Assembly (NCBI RefSeq): GCF_009914755.1
Contig: NC_060935.1
DNA: 64,000 nt
Origin: the human T2T-CHM13v2.0 reference genome, Homo sapiens
Strand: one strand, 5' to 3'
In this document: positions 50,470 to 64,000 of the stretch, one piece after another
Layout of the letters: the number at the start of each line of letters is the position of its first letter
Position numbering within the stretch: the stretch's first letter is position 1
Notes under the pieces: generated by a model
Told to the model about the DNA's origin: nothing
Seen by the model: only the letters and a program-made list of their open reading frames with translations
The model's database searches: none
Position numbers and translations under genes: made by a program

Positions 50470-51440
50470 GGGAAAAGAGAGATCAGACTGTTACTGTGTC
50501 TATGTAGAAAAAAGTAAACTTAAGAGACTCTATTTTGTTCTGTACTAGGAGAAATTCTTCTGCCTTGAGATGCTGTTAATCTGTAACCCTAGCCCCAACC
50601 CTGTGCTTGCAGATAATTGTGCTGTGTTGACTCAAGGTGTAATGGATTTAGGGCTGTGCAGGATATGCTTTGTTAAAAAAGTGCTTAAAGGCAGTATGCT
50701 TGGTAAAAGTAATTACCGTTCTCTAATCTCGAGTACCCAGGGACACAATACACTGCGGAAGGCCGCAGGGACCTCTGCCTAGGAAAGCCAGGTATTGTCC
50801 AGGGTTTCTCCCCATGTGATAGCCTGAGATATGGCCTCGTGGGAAGGGAAAGACCTGAATGTCCCCCAGCCCGCCACCCATAAAGGGTCTGTGCTGAGGA
50901 GGATTAGTAAAAGAGGAAGGCCTCTTTGCAGTTGAGATAAGAGGAAGGCATCTGTCTCCTGCTCCTCCCTGGGAATGGAATATCTTGGTGTAAAACCCGA
51001 TTTACTGAGATAGGAGAAAACTGTCTTCTGGCTGGAGGTGAGACATGCTGGCGGCAATACTGCTCTTTAATGCACCAAGATGTTTGTGTAAAGTCAAACA
51101 GAAATCTGGCCTATGTGAACATCAAGGCACAGCACCTTTCCTTAAACTTATTTATGACACAGAGATCTTTGCTCACATGTTTTCCTGCTGACCCTCTCCC
51201 CACCATTACCCTATATCCTGCCATATCCCCATCTCTGAGATGGCAGAGATAGTAATCAATAAATACTGAGGGAACTCAGAGACCAGTGCCGGTGCAGGTC
51301 CTCCGTATGCTGAGCGCCGGTCCCCTGGGCCCACTTTTCTTTCTCTATACTTTGTCTCTGTGTCGTATTTCTTTTCTCAGTCTCTCGTCCCACTTGAGGA
51401 GAAACACCCACAGGTTGTGGAGGGGCAGGCCACCACTTCA
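50470..51440 (+). mobile_element. Solo LTR5 (HERV-K HML-2; LTR5A/B-like) inserted in L1 ORF1
   Basis: gggaaaagagagatcagactgttactgtgtc...ggaggggcaggccaccacttca; AATAAA at 51258; 6-bp TSD gaaaat at 50464-50469 and 51441-51446. Confidence 0.9.
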
Positions 51441-52719
51441 GAAAATATACTGTCATAGGAGAAACAAGAAAAAATAATGAAAAGGAATGAAGAAAGCTTA
51501 TGGGATTTATAGGATAACATCAAAAGAGCTAATGTATGGGTCATTGGAATTCAAGGGGAAGTAGAGAAAGATAAAGGAGTAAAAAGCTTATTTAAAGAAA
51601 TAATAGCAGAAAACTTTCCAAACCTAGAGAAAGATACAATTATCCAGGTACGAGAAAGTCATAGGCCACCAATCAAATTTAATCCTAATAAGACCACCCT
51701 AAGACATATTATGATAAAATTGTCAAAGGTAAATGTCAAAGACAGGATGCTGAAATCAGCAAGAGAAAGTAACAACATAAAAGGGACTTTTGCAATACAC
51801 TTAGCAGCGGACTTCTCAGCAGAAACCTGGTAGGCCAGGAGAGAGTAGGATGATATATTCAAAGTACTAAAGGAAAAAAACACCCTGTCAACTGACAATA
51901 GTGTACCGAGCAAAGCTGTCCTTCAGAAATGAAGGAAAAATAAAAACTTACCCAAACAAACAAAAGTTGAGGAAGTTCATCACTACTAGGCCTGCCTTAC
52001 AAAAAATGTTAAAGAGAGTTCTTCAAGCTGAAATGAAAGGATGCTAATGAGTAACATGAAAACATCTAAAAGTACAAAACTCACTGGTAAAAGTAAGTAT
52101 ATAGTAAAATTCAGAACATTCTGATACTGTAATGGCAGGGGGACCACTTATATCCTTAGTATTACGGGTAAAAAATAAGACTTTAAAAAATAATAAATGT
52201 AAAAATTAGCTGGACATGGTGGCACATGCCTGTAGTCCCAGCTACTCAGGAGGCAGAGGTGGCAGGATCACTTGAGCCTGGGAGGCAGAGGTTGTAGTGA
52301 GCCGAGATTATGCCACTATACTCTAGCCTGGGCAACAGAGTGAGACCTTGTCTCAAAATAATAACAACTAAAATACTTTTTAAGGGATTTCCAATATAAA
52401 ATTATGTAAATTGTGACATCAGTAATCAAAGTTGTTATCTGTTTAGTATAACATGTTATGAATATGTTTTTGTAAACCTTATGGTAACCACAAAACAAAA
52501 ACCTATGATCAATATACTAAAAATAAAAAGGAATCAAAACAGACTGCCAGGGAGAAACACTTAACCACAAAGGAAGACAGTAAGAGAGGAATAAAGAAAA
52601 GATATGCAATACAAACTAGAAAACAATTAACAAAATGACAGTAATAAGTTCTTACCTATCAATAATTACCTGAATGTAAAAGAATTAAACTCTCCAATTA
52701 AAACACATAAAATGGCTGA

Positions 52720-52744
52720 ATCTATATATACATCTATATATCTA

Positions 52745-52790
<46 letters not shown>
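52720..52790. repeat. (TATC)n tetranucleotide STR
   Basis: Direct reading. Confidence 0.9.
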
Positions 52791-55700
52791 AAACCCAACT
52801 ACATGCTGCCTAACCCTAATGTTGCACCTCAAGGAACTAGAAGAGAACAAACTAAACCAAAAATGAGTAGAAGGAAAAAAAATGAATAGAAGGAAGGATA
52901 TAATAAACATCAGAGCAGAAATAATGAAATAGAGACTAAAAAAATACAAAAGATCAACAAAAGTTTTTTGAAAAGATGAACAAATTGACAAACCTTTATA
53001 TAGACTAAGAAAAAGAAAAGATTCAAATAAATGAAATCAAAAGTGAAAAAGGAGAAATTATAACTGATACCAGAGAATACAAAGAATCATAAGAGAATAT
53101 TATCAACAATTATATGCTAATAAATTAGATAACCTAGAAAAATGGATACATTCCTGGGCACATATAGCTTACCAAGATTAAACTATTAAAAAAATAGAAA
53201 ATCTGAATAGAACAATATTGAATAAGGAGACTCAATCAGTCATAAAAAGTCTCCTATCAAAGACAAGTCCATGACCTGATGGCCTTACTGCTGAATTCCC
53301 AACATTTAAAGAAGAATTAATAAAATTCTTCTGAAACCATTTCAAAAAATTGAAGAGGAGGGAATTCTTTCAAATTTGTTCTATGAAGCCAACATTACTC
53401 TAATTACAAAAACAGACAAGGACACAACAATAAAAAACTACAGGCCAATAACCTGGATGAAAATAGATACAAAAATCCTCAACAAAATACTAGTAAACAA
53501 ATTCACTAGCACATTAAAAATATTCATTATGATCAAATGGGATACATCCCAGGAGTGCAAGGATGGTTCAGTGTATAAAATCAATAAATGTAAAATATTA
53601 CATTAACAAAACGAACAATAAAATCCATATGGCCAATTCAACAGATGCAGGAAAAGATTCAACAAAATCCAACATCTCTTACTGATAAAAACTCTCAACA
53701 AATTAGGTATAGAAAAAATATAACTCAACACAATAAAGGGCATATTTGACAAACCCACAGCTAGCATCATACTGAATGGGGAAAAGCTGAAAGCGTTCAA
53801 GATGTGGAACAAGACAAGGATGCCCACTTTCACCACTTCTATTCAACATAGTACTGGAAATTGTAGCCAGAAGAGTTTGGCAAGAGAAAGAAATAAAAGT
53901 CATCCAAAGTGGGAATAAAGAAGTTAGATTTTACGTGTTTACAGATGACGTGATCTTGTATATACAAAATCCTAGAGGCTCCACCAAAAAACTACTAGAA
54001 CTAATAAACAAACTCAGTAAAGTTGTGGGATACAAAATCAACATATAAAAATTAGTAGCATTTCTGTATGGTGATGGAAAACTATCTGAAATAGAAATCT
54101 AGAAAACAATCCTATTATAATAGCTGCACAAAATAAAATGCTTAGGAATAAATTTAACCAAAGAGGTGAAATATCTCTACAATGAAAACTGTGAAACACT
54201 GATGAAAGAAATTGAAGAATACACAAATGAATGGAAAGATATTCCATTTTTTTATGGACTAGAAGAATTAATATTGTTAAAATGTTTCTACTACCCAAAG
54301 CAATCTACCAATTCAGTGCAATTCCTATCAAAATACCAATGATATTCTTCATGGAAATAGAAAAAAAAAATTCTAAAATTTTTATGGAACCACAAAAGGC
54401 TCCAAATACCCAAAGCAACCCTGAGCAGAAAGGACAAAGTTTTGAAGGCATCATATTGCTTGACTTTAAAATATATTACAAAACTGTAGTAACCAAAATG
54501 GCATGGTATTGGCATAAACAGAAATATAGACCAATGGAACAGAATGAGACCCAGAAATAAATCCACACATTTGCAGCCAACTGATTTTCAACAAAGGTGC
54601 CAAGAACACACTTGGGAAAAGGATAATCTCTTCAATAAATGGTGCTGGGAAAATTCAGTATCTACATGTAGAAGAATGAAATTAGACCCTTATCTCTTAC
54701 CATATAAAAAAATCAACTTAAGATGGATTAAAGAGTTCCACGTCAGCCTTGAGAATATAACATTATTAGAAGAAGGCCTGGGGGAAAAGCTTCATGACCT
54801 TTGTCTGGGCAATAATTTTTTTTAAAGAAAACCTCAAAAGCACAGGCAACAAAGGCAAAACATATTTACAAATGGGATCACAGCAAATGAAAAAATCATC
54901 TAAACAGCAAATGAAATGATCAAGAGTGAAGAGACAACCTACAGAATGGGAGAATATGTTTCCAAAGTATACATCTGATATATAAGGAACTTAAATAACT
55001 CAACAGAAAAAAAAACCAGTTTAAAAATGGGCAAAAGAGACGCATAGACATTTCTCAAAAGAAGACATACAAATGGCCAACAGATATATGAAAAAAATGC
55101 TCGACATCGCTAGTCATCAGGGAAATGCAAATCAGAACTACTATGAGGTATCACCTCACTCGTTAGAGTGGCTATTATTAAAAAAAACAAAAGATGTGGA
55201 GAAAAAGGCACCTTTACACACTCATAATGGGAATATAAATTATTATAGCCATTATGGAAAACAGAATAGAGGTTCCTCAAACAATTAAAAATAGAACTGT
55301 CATATGATCCAGCAGTTTCACTGCTGGCTATATTTCCAAAGGAAATGAAATCAGTATGTTGAGGAGGTACCTGTACTCTCGTGATTATTACAGCACTACT
55401 CACAAAAGCCAAGATATGGAATCAATCTAAGTATCCATCAGTGGATGAATGGATAAAGAGTATATGATATATATACAAAATGGAATATTATTCAGTCATA
55501 AAAAGAACAAAATCCAGTCATTTGTGACAACACATGTGAACCTGGGGACATTATGTTAAGGGAAATAAGCCAGGCACAGAAAGACAAATACTACGTTATC
55601 TTACTCATGTATGGACTCTAAAAAAGTTGATCTCATAGAAATAGAGTAGAATAGTGATTTTAAAAAGTTGATATCATAGAAAGTGAGTAGAATAGTGATT

Positions 55701-56673
55701 ATCAGAGGCTGGGGAGGGTGGGGGAAGATGAGGAGAGATTGGTCAATTGGTGCAAGGTTTCAGTTAGATAGGAGGAATAAGTTCTGGTGTTCTTTTGCAC
55801 AGTAGGGTGACTATAGTTAACAATAATGTATTGTATATTTCAAAATAGCTAGTAGAGAGGATTTTGAAGGTTTCCACCACAAATAATAATTGTTTAAGGT
55901 AATAGATATGTTAATTACTTTGATTTGCTCATTACACTCTGTATACATGTATCAAAACATGACATTGAACTCCATAAATGCATACAATTATAATGTGTCA
56001 ATCGAAAATACAATAAAACTAAAAAGTAGATTATGACATTATGATACAAATGTTATAAAATACCAGTGATGCAAACAATGTGGAATTGTAGGAACAATTG
56101 TAGGAATATGCAGACTAATTTATGGAACACAAAAGGCAGCCAACAATAACCAAACCTTAGGGTAAATGTGTGTTTAGTATGTGATAAAGATGATACCTCA
56201 ATTCAATGGAAAAAGGAAACATAATTTAAAAAATTGTGCTAAAATAACTGGTAGAAAAGTTCAAGATTTGTAGCATAGCAGACAACAAAATAATTCCAGA
56301 ATAATAAATAGGTTTCATGTAAAATTTTAAATCATAAAGCAGCAGGGACAAAATATGAATGGATATTTGTATGACTTCAGGATAAAATTTTAAAATTTAT
56401 GATGAGTGGAAAAGTCACAGAGCAAAATTTTGATTACTGAATTCCATAATAATAAAACATACATAAAAATAACAAAGTTTCAAAATGATTTTTACACACA
56501 CTTTAGAGTGTTAACATAAAATACAGACTTCAAAATCAGTCTCAAAATTCTTTAAGCACTTTAGAAAAATATACAAAAATTGTGAATGGCTATAATGTAT
56601 GTGATTAGATCAATTTAATTAATAAATAAATGTAAACAAGATAGTTGACATTGTAAACCATCAGATTGACAAA

Positions 56674-56810
56674 TGAAAGAAAGAAAGGAAAGAGGGGAAG
56701 GAAATGAGGGAAGGAAGGGAGGAAAGGAAGAAGGAAGGAAGGGAGAAAAAGAGTAGGAAGGAGGGAGGGAAGAGAGGAAGAAAGGAAAAGGGAAAGAAAA
56801 AGAGACAAAG
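56674..56810. repeat. GA-rich low-complexity tract
   Basis: Direct reading. Confidence 0.85.
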
Positions 56811-57295
56811 CAAGCTAGTCAGCTCAGTGTTGACCATGATAAGGTGAACACTGTAAATAGCTTGCGGGAATAGAAATTAGTAAGTTTTTTAAATGCAATT
56901 TGCCAATGTGTATCTACAGGTTGAAAATATTTTAATCCTAAAGAAGAATATGAGTTACATACAGTGAATTATATATAACCATGCTTATCACAGTGATACT
57001 TACAATAGCAAAAAATTGGTAGCCATCTAAATGCCAATAAAGAGAAATAGATATAATCCATGGAGCTTGGTCTGAAGCATGGGTATGCATAAAACAGCTG
57101 CAGTCAGCGTCTAGAACATGAGTATATGTAGAGTGGCCATGGAGCTGGGGTCTGAAGTATGGGGCACACAGAGTAGCTGTAGCTCTGAGGTCTGGGACAT
57201 ACGTGGGGTTGGAGGGAAGGTGGGAGTCTTGTTCCTGGAATGATACAACAGCACCTCCTTCTGTGTGGGGTGCAGGGAATCTGTGGTGGCAATAA

Positions 57296-57296
<1 letters not shown>

Positions 57297-57332
<36 letters not shown>

Positions 57333-57347
57333 TACACACACACACAC
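57297..57347. repeat. (CA)n microsatellite
   Basis: Direct reading. Confidence 0.95.
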
Positions 57348-57585
57348 GGCTATAGCTACAGGGTCCTCAACTATGAAAGTTGTGTATAGTCTATGGCTGT
57401 CACAGAGACTGTTGAGTTCCTAGATGGCAAAGTGTACTTGGGTCCCCCAGAGAGCAGGCCACAGGGGACCACAATGGCACCCACTGCATGGCTGATACAG
57501 ATATCTCCTACCCTTCCTTTTTGATTCTAGCCATCTCCAGATGTCTCTGCTAAGCCAATACCATCAGCAATCATTTCTGGGCCTT

Positions 57586-58598
<1,013 letters not shown>

Positions 58599-58609
58599 TT
58601 TTTTTTCTC

Positions 58610-59590
58610 TTTTCTAGCATCACTGTGTTGTGTCTGGTTCTTAATGGGGCTCTTAAGCCCTCCCAGGGCTATTTTAATTTATTGGTAGCTTCAAATTGTT
58701 TTTTGTTGGGGGACGAAGTCTGGTATTTTTTATTCTGTCCTCTTGCTGACATCACTCAGCTCATCAGGAGTTTCATGAAGAACATTGCATATGGCCTCTA
58801 CTGTGTTTTTAGAGACATGGCAGCCACTCAAGTTTTTGATGATATCTTGATATTTACATTTGGTAAATGTGTCTTCAATATTATAAGAGTTTGTTGAAAT
58901 TTTAAAATAGTTGTATATCTCTTGAATGATATAAAAATTCAGTATCATCAAAAGAGAATTTTACTACATCATTTACTATTGAATGGTCTAGAGGCTGGGC
59001 ACGGTGGCTCATGCCTATAATCCTGACACTTTGGGAGGCCTAGGCGGGTGGGTTATTTGAGGCCAGGAGTTCGAGACCAGCCTGGCCAATGTGGTGAAAC
59101 TGGTCTCTACTAAAAATAAAAAATTAGTCAGGTGTGGTGGCGCATGCCTGTAATCCCAGCTACTTGGGACTCTGAGGCATGAGAATCTCTTGAATCCAGG
59201 CAGCAGGGTTTGCAATGAGCCAAGATCGAGCCACGGCACTCCAGCCAGAGGGACAGAGTGAGACTCTGTCTCAAAAAAAAAAAAAAAAAAAAGAAGAAGA
59301 TCTAGAATATTATAGAGGATATTCTGTTTTAATCTATTATGTATTCCACACAAATTTGTACCATTCTCATATATCAGATGTACTCAAATTGTTTCTACAT
59401 GAGTTAAGCTCTTTTGGGTGGACAAAAATGCTAATGTTCACTTAATGCATCCAGCACAATGTCTATTTATATTGTAGCTCCTCAAAAATAATTATACAAT
59501 CATAAAGTCTCTCCATATTTTAATTCATCCTATATTAAAATATTAATTACTAATCATGTTATTTCTTTGCTCTGTGTCATTCTTATGTTA
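58610..59590 (-). mobile_element. hAT (Tip100/Zaphod-like) transposase fossil, interrupted by an AluS (~58993-59300)
   Basis: Degenerate motifs in the expected order: [15 protein letters not shown] (YDNG.NM.G..VQ..I), DHSIVNDVVK (H.LNL.V.D..K), FYIIQEIYNYFKIST, IIKNLS...VEAI. Confidence 0.6.
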
Positions 59591-59609
59591 TTCAAAATCA
59601 AAATCCATA

Positions 59610-60110
59610 GGCATGATGTCAATGAGATCGTGGAATAAGGGGCTTCTGACTTTCCCTTTTTTCCACAGACACATTGAGTAAACAGCTATACTAGATCAAT
59701 TTCTTCTGAGAGAAATCAAAAAAGTAGTTGAGAGACTCCTACACACTGAGAAACTGCAATATCAAAATGGGTGGGAAAAGTTGAAACTCACTTGTGACAC
59801 AAACCTCACCCTGGGCACAATACCTTGCAATTATGAATGAATCCTAAGCTCCTAGATTCTCTCTGAGGAATAAATGGTCTGGAGGATATATAATATCTCA
59901 ACTCGTTTCCTTCCTTCCTTCCTTCCTTCTTTCCTTCCTTCCTTCCTTTCCCTTCCTTCCTTCCTTCCTTCCTTTCCCTTCCTTCCTTCCTTCCCTTCCT
60001 CCCTTCCTCTCTTTCTTTCTCTCTCTTTCTTTTCTTTCCTTTCTTTTCCTTCTTTTCTTGTCTTGTCTTTCTTCCTTCCTTCCTTCCTTCCTTCCTTCCT
60101 TCCTTCCTTC

Positions 60111-60162
<52 letters not shown>

Positions 60163-63100
60163 TTTCTCTCTCTCTCTCTCCCCCCCTTCCTTCCTTCTCT
60201 TTCTCCCTTTCTCCTTTTCTCTCTCTCTTTCTCTCCTTCCCTCCTTCCTTAATTTCTGAGATAGAGTCTCATTCTGTCACGCAAGCTAGAATGCAGTAGC
60301 ACAATCATGGCTCACTGCAGCCTTGACTTCCTGGGCCCAAGTAATCCTATCATCTCAGCCTCCTCAGTAGTTAGGACCACAGATGTGTGCTACCATACCC
60401 AGCTAATTAAACAAAAAAAAAAACTTTTTTTTTTTTTTTTTGTAGAGAAAGGGTCTCACTAATTGCCCAGGCTAGTCTCAAACTCCTGGGCTCAAGTGAT
60501 CCTTCCACCTCAGCCTCCCAAAGTGCTGGGATTATGGGTGTGAGTCGCTTCATCTGGCCTCATCTCAACTTTTATGGTTGCCATCCAAGGGATTGGCTAT
60601 TAAATCATCTGGCTCTGGAAGCAGATGGAACTCAACATTTGCAAGTCATTGAGGACTAGAGAGAACAGAAAAAATAGTTATAAATGAGCACGTGAGCACT
60701 TCCTGTAATAGCAGCACAGAACAAGTAGGCAAAAATGTGTAGCTCCAGTTTCTCCCTGGAAGAGGCTTTATTTTTTTATTTTTTTATTTTTGAGACAGGG
60801 TCTTGCTCTGTTGCCCAGGGTCACTGCAGCCTCAATCTTCCTGGCTCAAGTGATCCTTCTGCCTCAGCCTCCCAAGTAGCTGGGACTATAGGCATGGGTC
60901 ACCATGCCCAGGCAATTTTTATTTACTTTTTTTGTGGGGATGAAGTCTCACTATGTTACTCAGGTTCCTGGAAGAGTTTTGACTGTACACTTCCCTAGCT
61001 TCTGCCTGAGAGTTGGGTTTCTAACTAGCATGCACCTGAAAGCCAATAGTGCAGGTAATTAATTATCCTCTGGGAGCCCAAAAGGTCACAAGGGCACTTT
61101 CTTTTTTCTTTTCTTTCTTTCTTTCTTTCTTTTTGAGACAGGGTCTCTCTCTGTTGCCCAGGGTGGAGTACAGTGGCACAATCTTGGCTCACTGCAGCCT
61201 TGACCTCCTGGGCTGAAGCAATCCTCCCACCTCAGCCTCCCCATCCTGAGTAGCTGGGGCTACAGGTGCACGCCACCACACCTGGCTAATTTTTGTATTT
61301 TTTGTGAAGATGGGGTTTCACCATGTTGTTCAGGCTAAGGGCACTTTCAAGTCTTCTTTCCTCAGCTCACTGCAGGATTAAAATTAAGTGTCCAGTCTAT
61401 CCCTGGAAGGAGTTCTTCTACACATTGAGCACAGCTTTTACAGCTCTCACCCAAAGAACTGGCTCTTATATCCCCTAACTCCGGGAGCTAATGGGGCTTA
61501 GCATTTATGCATCCTTCATAGCCAGAGAAAAAGAGGTGGTTTTAAAAGAGTGTGTGAGTACTTTCAGCAGCTAATCTTCCTGGCTCAGTGCAGAGTGAGC
61601 AGGCAAAAACACCCAGCTTACAATTTCTCCCTGGAAAAGTCTTGACTGCACCCATAAGTTGTGACTTTCCCAGGCTGTTAAGACTGGGAGAGGTGGCTGT
61701 TTTATCTAATGCACAGAAACCAACACAGAGAGTCAAGGAAAATGAAGAAACAGGGAAATATGTTCCAAACAAAAGACCAAAATAAGTCTCCAGAAATAAA
61801 GGATATATGATGTACCTCACAGATAATTCAAAATAATGGTCATAAAGATGGTATCAAGGTCAGGAGAGCTATGTATGAACAAAGTAAGAACTTCAACAAA
61901 GTGATAGGAAATACAAAAAATATCTAACAGAAGTCATAGAGCTGAAGACTATAATAACTGAACTGAAAATTTTAGTAGAGGGTTTCAATGGAAGACTAGG
62001 TTATGTGCAAGAAAAGACTACCAAATTCAAGGACAGATAGTTGGAAATCATCCAATCAGACATGCAAAAAGAAAAAAGAATTAAAAAGAGTGATGATAGC
62101 TTAAGGGACTGATGGGACACCATCAAGCAATCCAATATATGCATTATGGAAGTTCCTAAAGGATGAGTGAGAGAGAAACAAATAGTAAGCTTATTCAAAG
62201 TAATAATGGCTAAAAATTTCCTAAGCCTGGGGAATAAAATAGACATTCAGATCCAGGAAGCCCAGTGGACAACAAATATAATGAATTAAAAAAGGCTTAC
62301 ATTGAGATATATTATAATCAAATTGCCAAAAGTTAAAAACAAAGAGAATCTTGAAGCACTGAGAAAACAGTGGCTTGTTATGTACAAAGGAATTCCATAA
62401 GACTATTAGCAGATTTTTTTTAGCAAAAACCTTGCAAGACAGAAGAGTATGGGATGACATACACAGTGTGAAAGAAAAAAACCAAAACACCAACCAACTA
62501 TACCATATCTGGCAAACATGCCTCTCAAAAATGAAAGAGAGATAAAGACTTCCTCAGACAATCAAAAGCTGAGGGAGTTTATCACCATATCTGCCTTACA
62601 AAAAATGCTATTGGGAATTTTTCAAGTTGAAATAAAAGGATGAAACTCATTGGTAAAGGTAAATATTGGAAAAAACGGTATATTTTACCACTATAATGAT
62701 GATGGCAAATCTTTTTTAATTCTACTATAAATGTTAAAGGACAAAAAACCTAAAAAAGTATGTATTTTTGTATGAATGTATATTCATTAAGATGTAACAC
62801 ACATTCTTCTCAAGCACACATTGAACCCTTTGCAGGATAGATTATATGTTAGGTCCCAAAACAAGCCTTAACATATTGAAGAAGGTAACAAATTACACTA
62901 AGTATCTTTTGTGACAACAATGGAATCAGACTAGAAATCAGTAACAGCAATAAAATGTGAAAATTCACAAATATGTGGAAACTAAGTAACATACTCTTGA
63001 ACAAATACGGGGTCAAATAGGAAATCAAAAGGGAATTAAATAATATATTGAGACCAATGAAAATTAAAATACAACTTAGCAAAAAGTATCCTGAGACAAC

Positions 63101-63480
63101 ATGAAAACAAGATGTACCAAAACTTATGGGATGCAGCAAAAGCAGTAGTAAGAGGGAAGTTTATACTGATAAACATCTATATGAAGAAAAAAGAAAAATA
63201 TCAAATGAATGGCCTAACATTACCCTGAGGAATGAGAAAGAGAAGAACAAGTTAAGCCCAAAGTTAATAGAAGGAAGGAAAAAATAAAGATCAGGGCAGG
63301 GTAGGAGTAACTCATATAGAGAACACAAAATCTGTATAAAAATATCAACAAAACTAAGTGTTGATTAAAAAAATTTTTCTAAACTGACAAACCCTTAGCT
63401 AGACTGAGATAAAAAGGAGAATACAAAATAATAAGGAAAACTGAAATGGATGACTTTGGTAGAAAAATCTCAACAAAATC
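59610..63480 (+). mobile_element. Second old L1 (5'UTR, ORF1, partial ORF2), fragmented by Alus and a pyrimidine repeat
   Basis: ORF1 remnants gggacaccatcaagcaatccaatatatgcattatggaagttcc and ORF2 remnant aacttatgggatgcagcaaaagcagta. Confidence 0.75.
59907..60250. repeat. (TTCC)n/(TTTC)n/(TC)n polypyrimidine tract (expanded tail of a reverse AluJ at ~60255-60560)
   Basis: ~340 bp of almost pure pyrimidines. Confidence 0.95.
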
Positions 63481-63604
63481 GGTATAGAAGGTAATACCCT
63501 TTGGGGAGAGTAGAAGGCTGAAGCTTGAGTTGATGACCATCAATGACCAGTGATTTTGATCAGCCAGCCATACATAATGAAGCCTTTGTAAAAACCCAAA
63601 AGAG

Positions 63605-63910
<306 letters not shown>

Positions 63911-64000
63911 GAATGAAATTAAATGAAGAATAAGAGTCACTATTTTATTCTTAGAAAGATATCCACACACCACAACTTTCCTAGCTTTCCTATATAAAAA

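Larger units (their letters stand above)
49155..56025 (+). mobile_element. Old L1 (L1MA-like), near full length: 5'UTR, ORF1, ORF2 with EN-region deletion, 3'UTR; inactive
   Basis: ORF1 remnants (ENFPNL, LSFRNEGKIK) and ORF2 remnants ([32 protein letters not shown]), all frameshifted. Confidence 0.88.

Noticed and set aside
57058-57290. Degenerate ~43-bp tandem units (catggagct..gtctgaag)
   Set aside because: Resembles the tandem-repeat 5'UTR of old L1 elements on the minus strand; not treated as a novel array
59874-60299. Ser/Phe/Leu/Pro-rich 141-aa ORF
   Set aside because: Translation of the TTCC/TTTC repeat

Overview
Primate, almost certainly human, genomic DNA (AluYb8, SVA and LTR5 elements). 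It contains the whole PATL1 (Pat1b, mRNA decapping activator) gene on the minus strand. I reconstructed 19 coding exons by hand: all have GT-AG boundaries with consistent phases and total 2313 nt, i.e. 770 aa plus stop. The CDS runs from the ATG at 38213 to the TAA at 7323. A ~1.7 kb 3'UTR ends near 5650, and a CpG-island promoter lies at ~37.6-39.3 kb. The remaining ~25 kb is intergenic nested transposon fossils: a near-full-length Tigger1, an old L1 carrying a solo HERV-K LTR5, MER50, MSTA/MLT LTRs, a hAT transposase fossil and a second L1. Nearly all ORFs in the supplied track are Alu, L1 or microsatellite artefacts. I found no clear new multi-gene system. The strongest leads are: a candidate PTC-containing (poison) cassette exon in intron 5; a candidate in-frame 42-nt microexon inside the DDX6-binding N-terminus; a doubly truncated SVA with an A-tail at a non-canonical position; a chimeric AluYb8; several fold-back palindromes; and 3'UTR regulatory motifs. 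Repeat coordinates and subfamily names are approximate and were assigned by eye.
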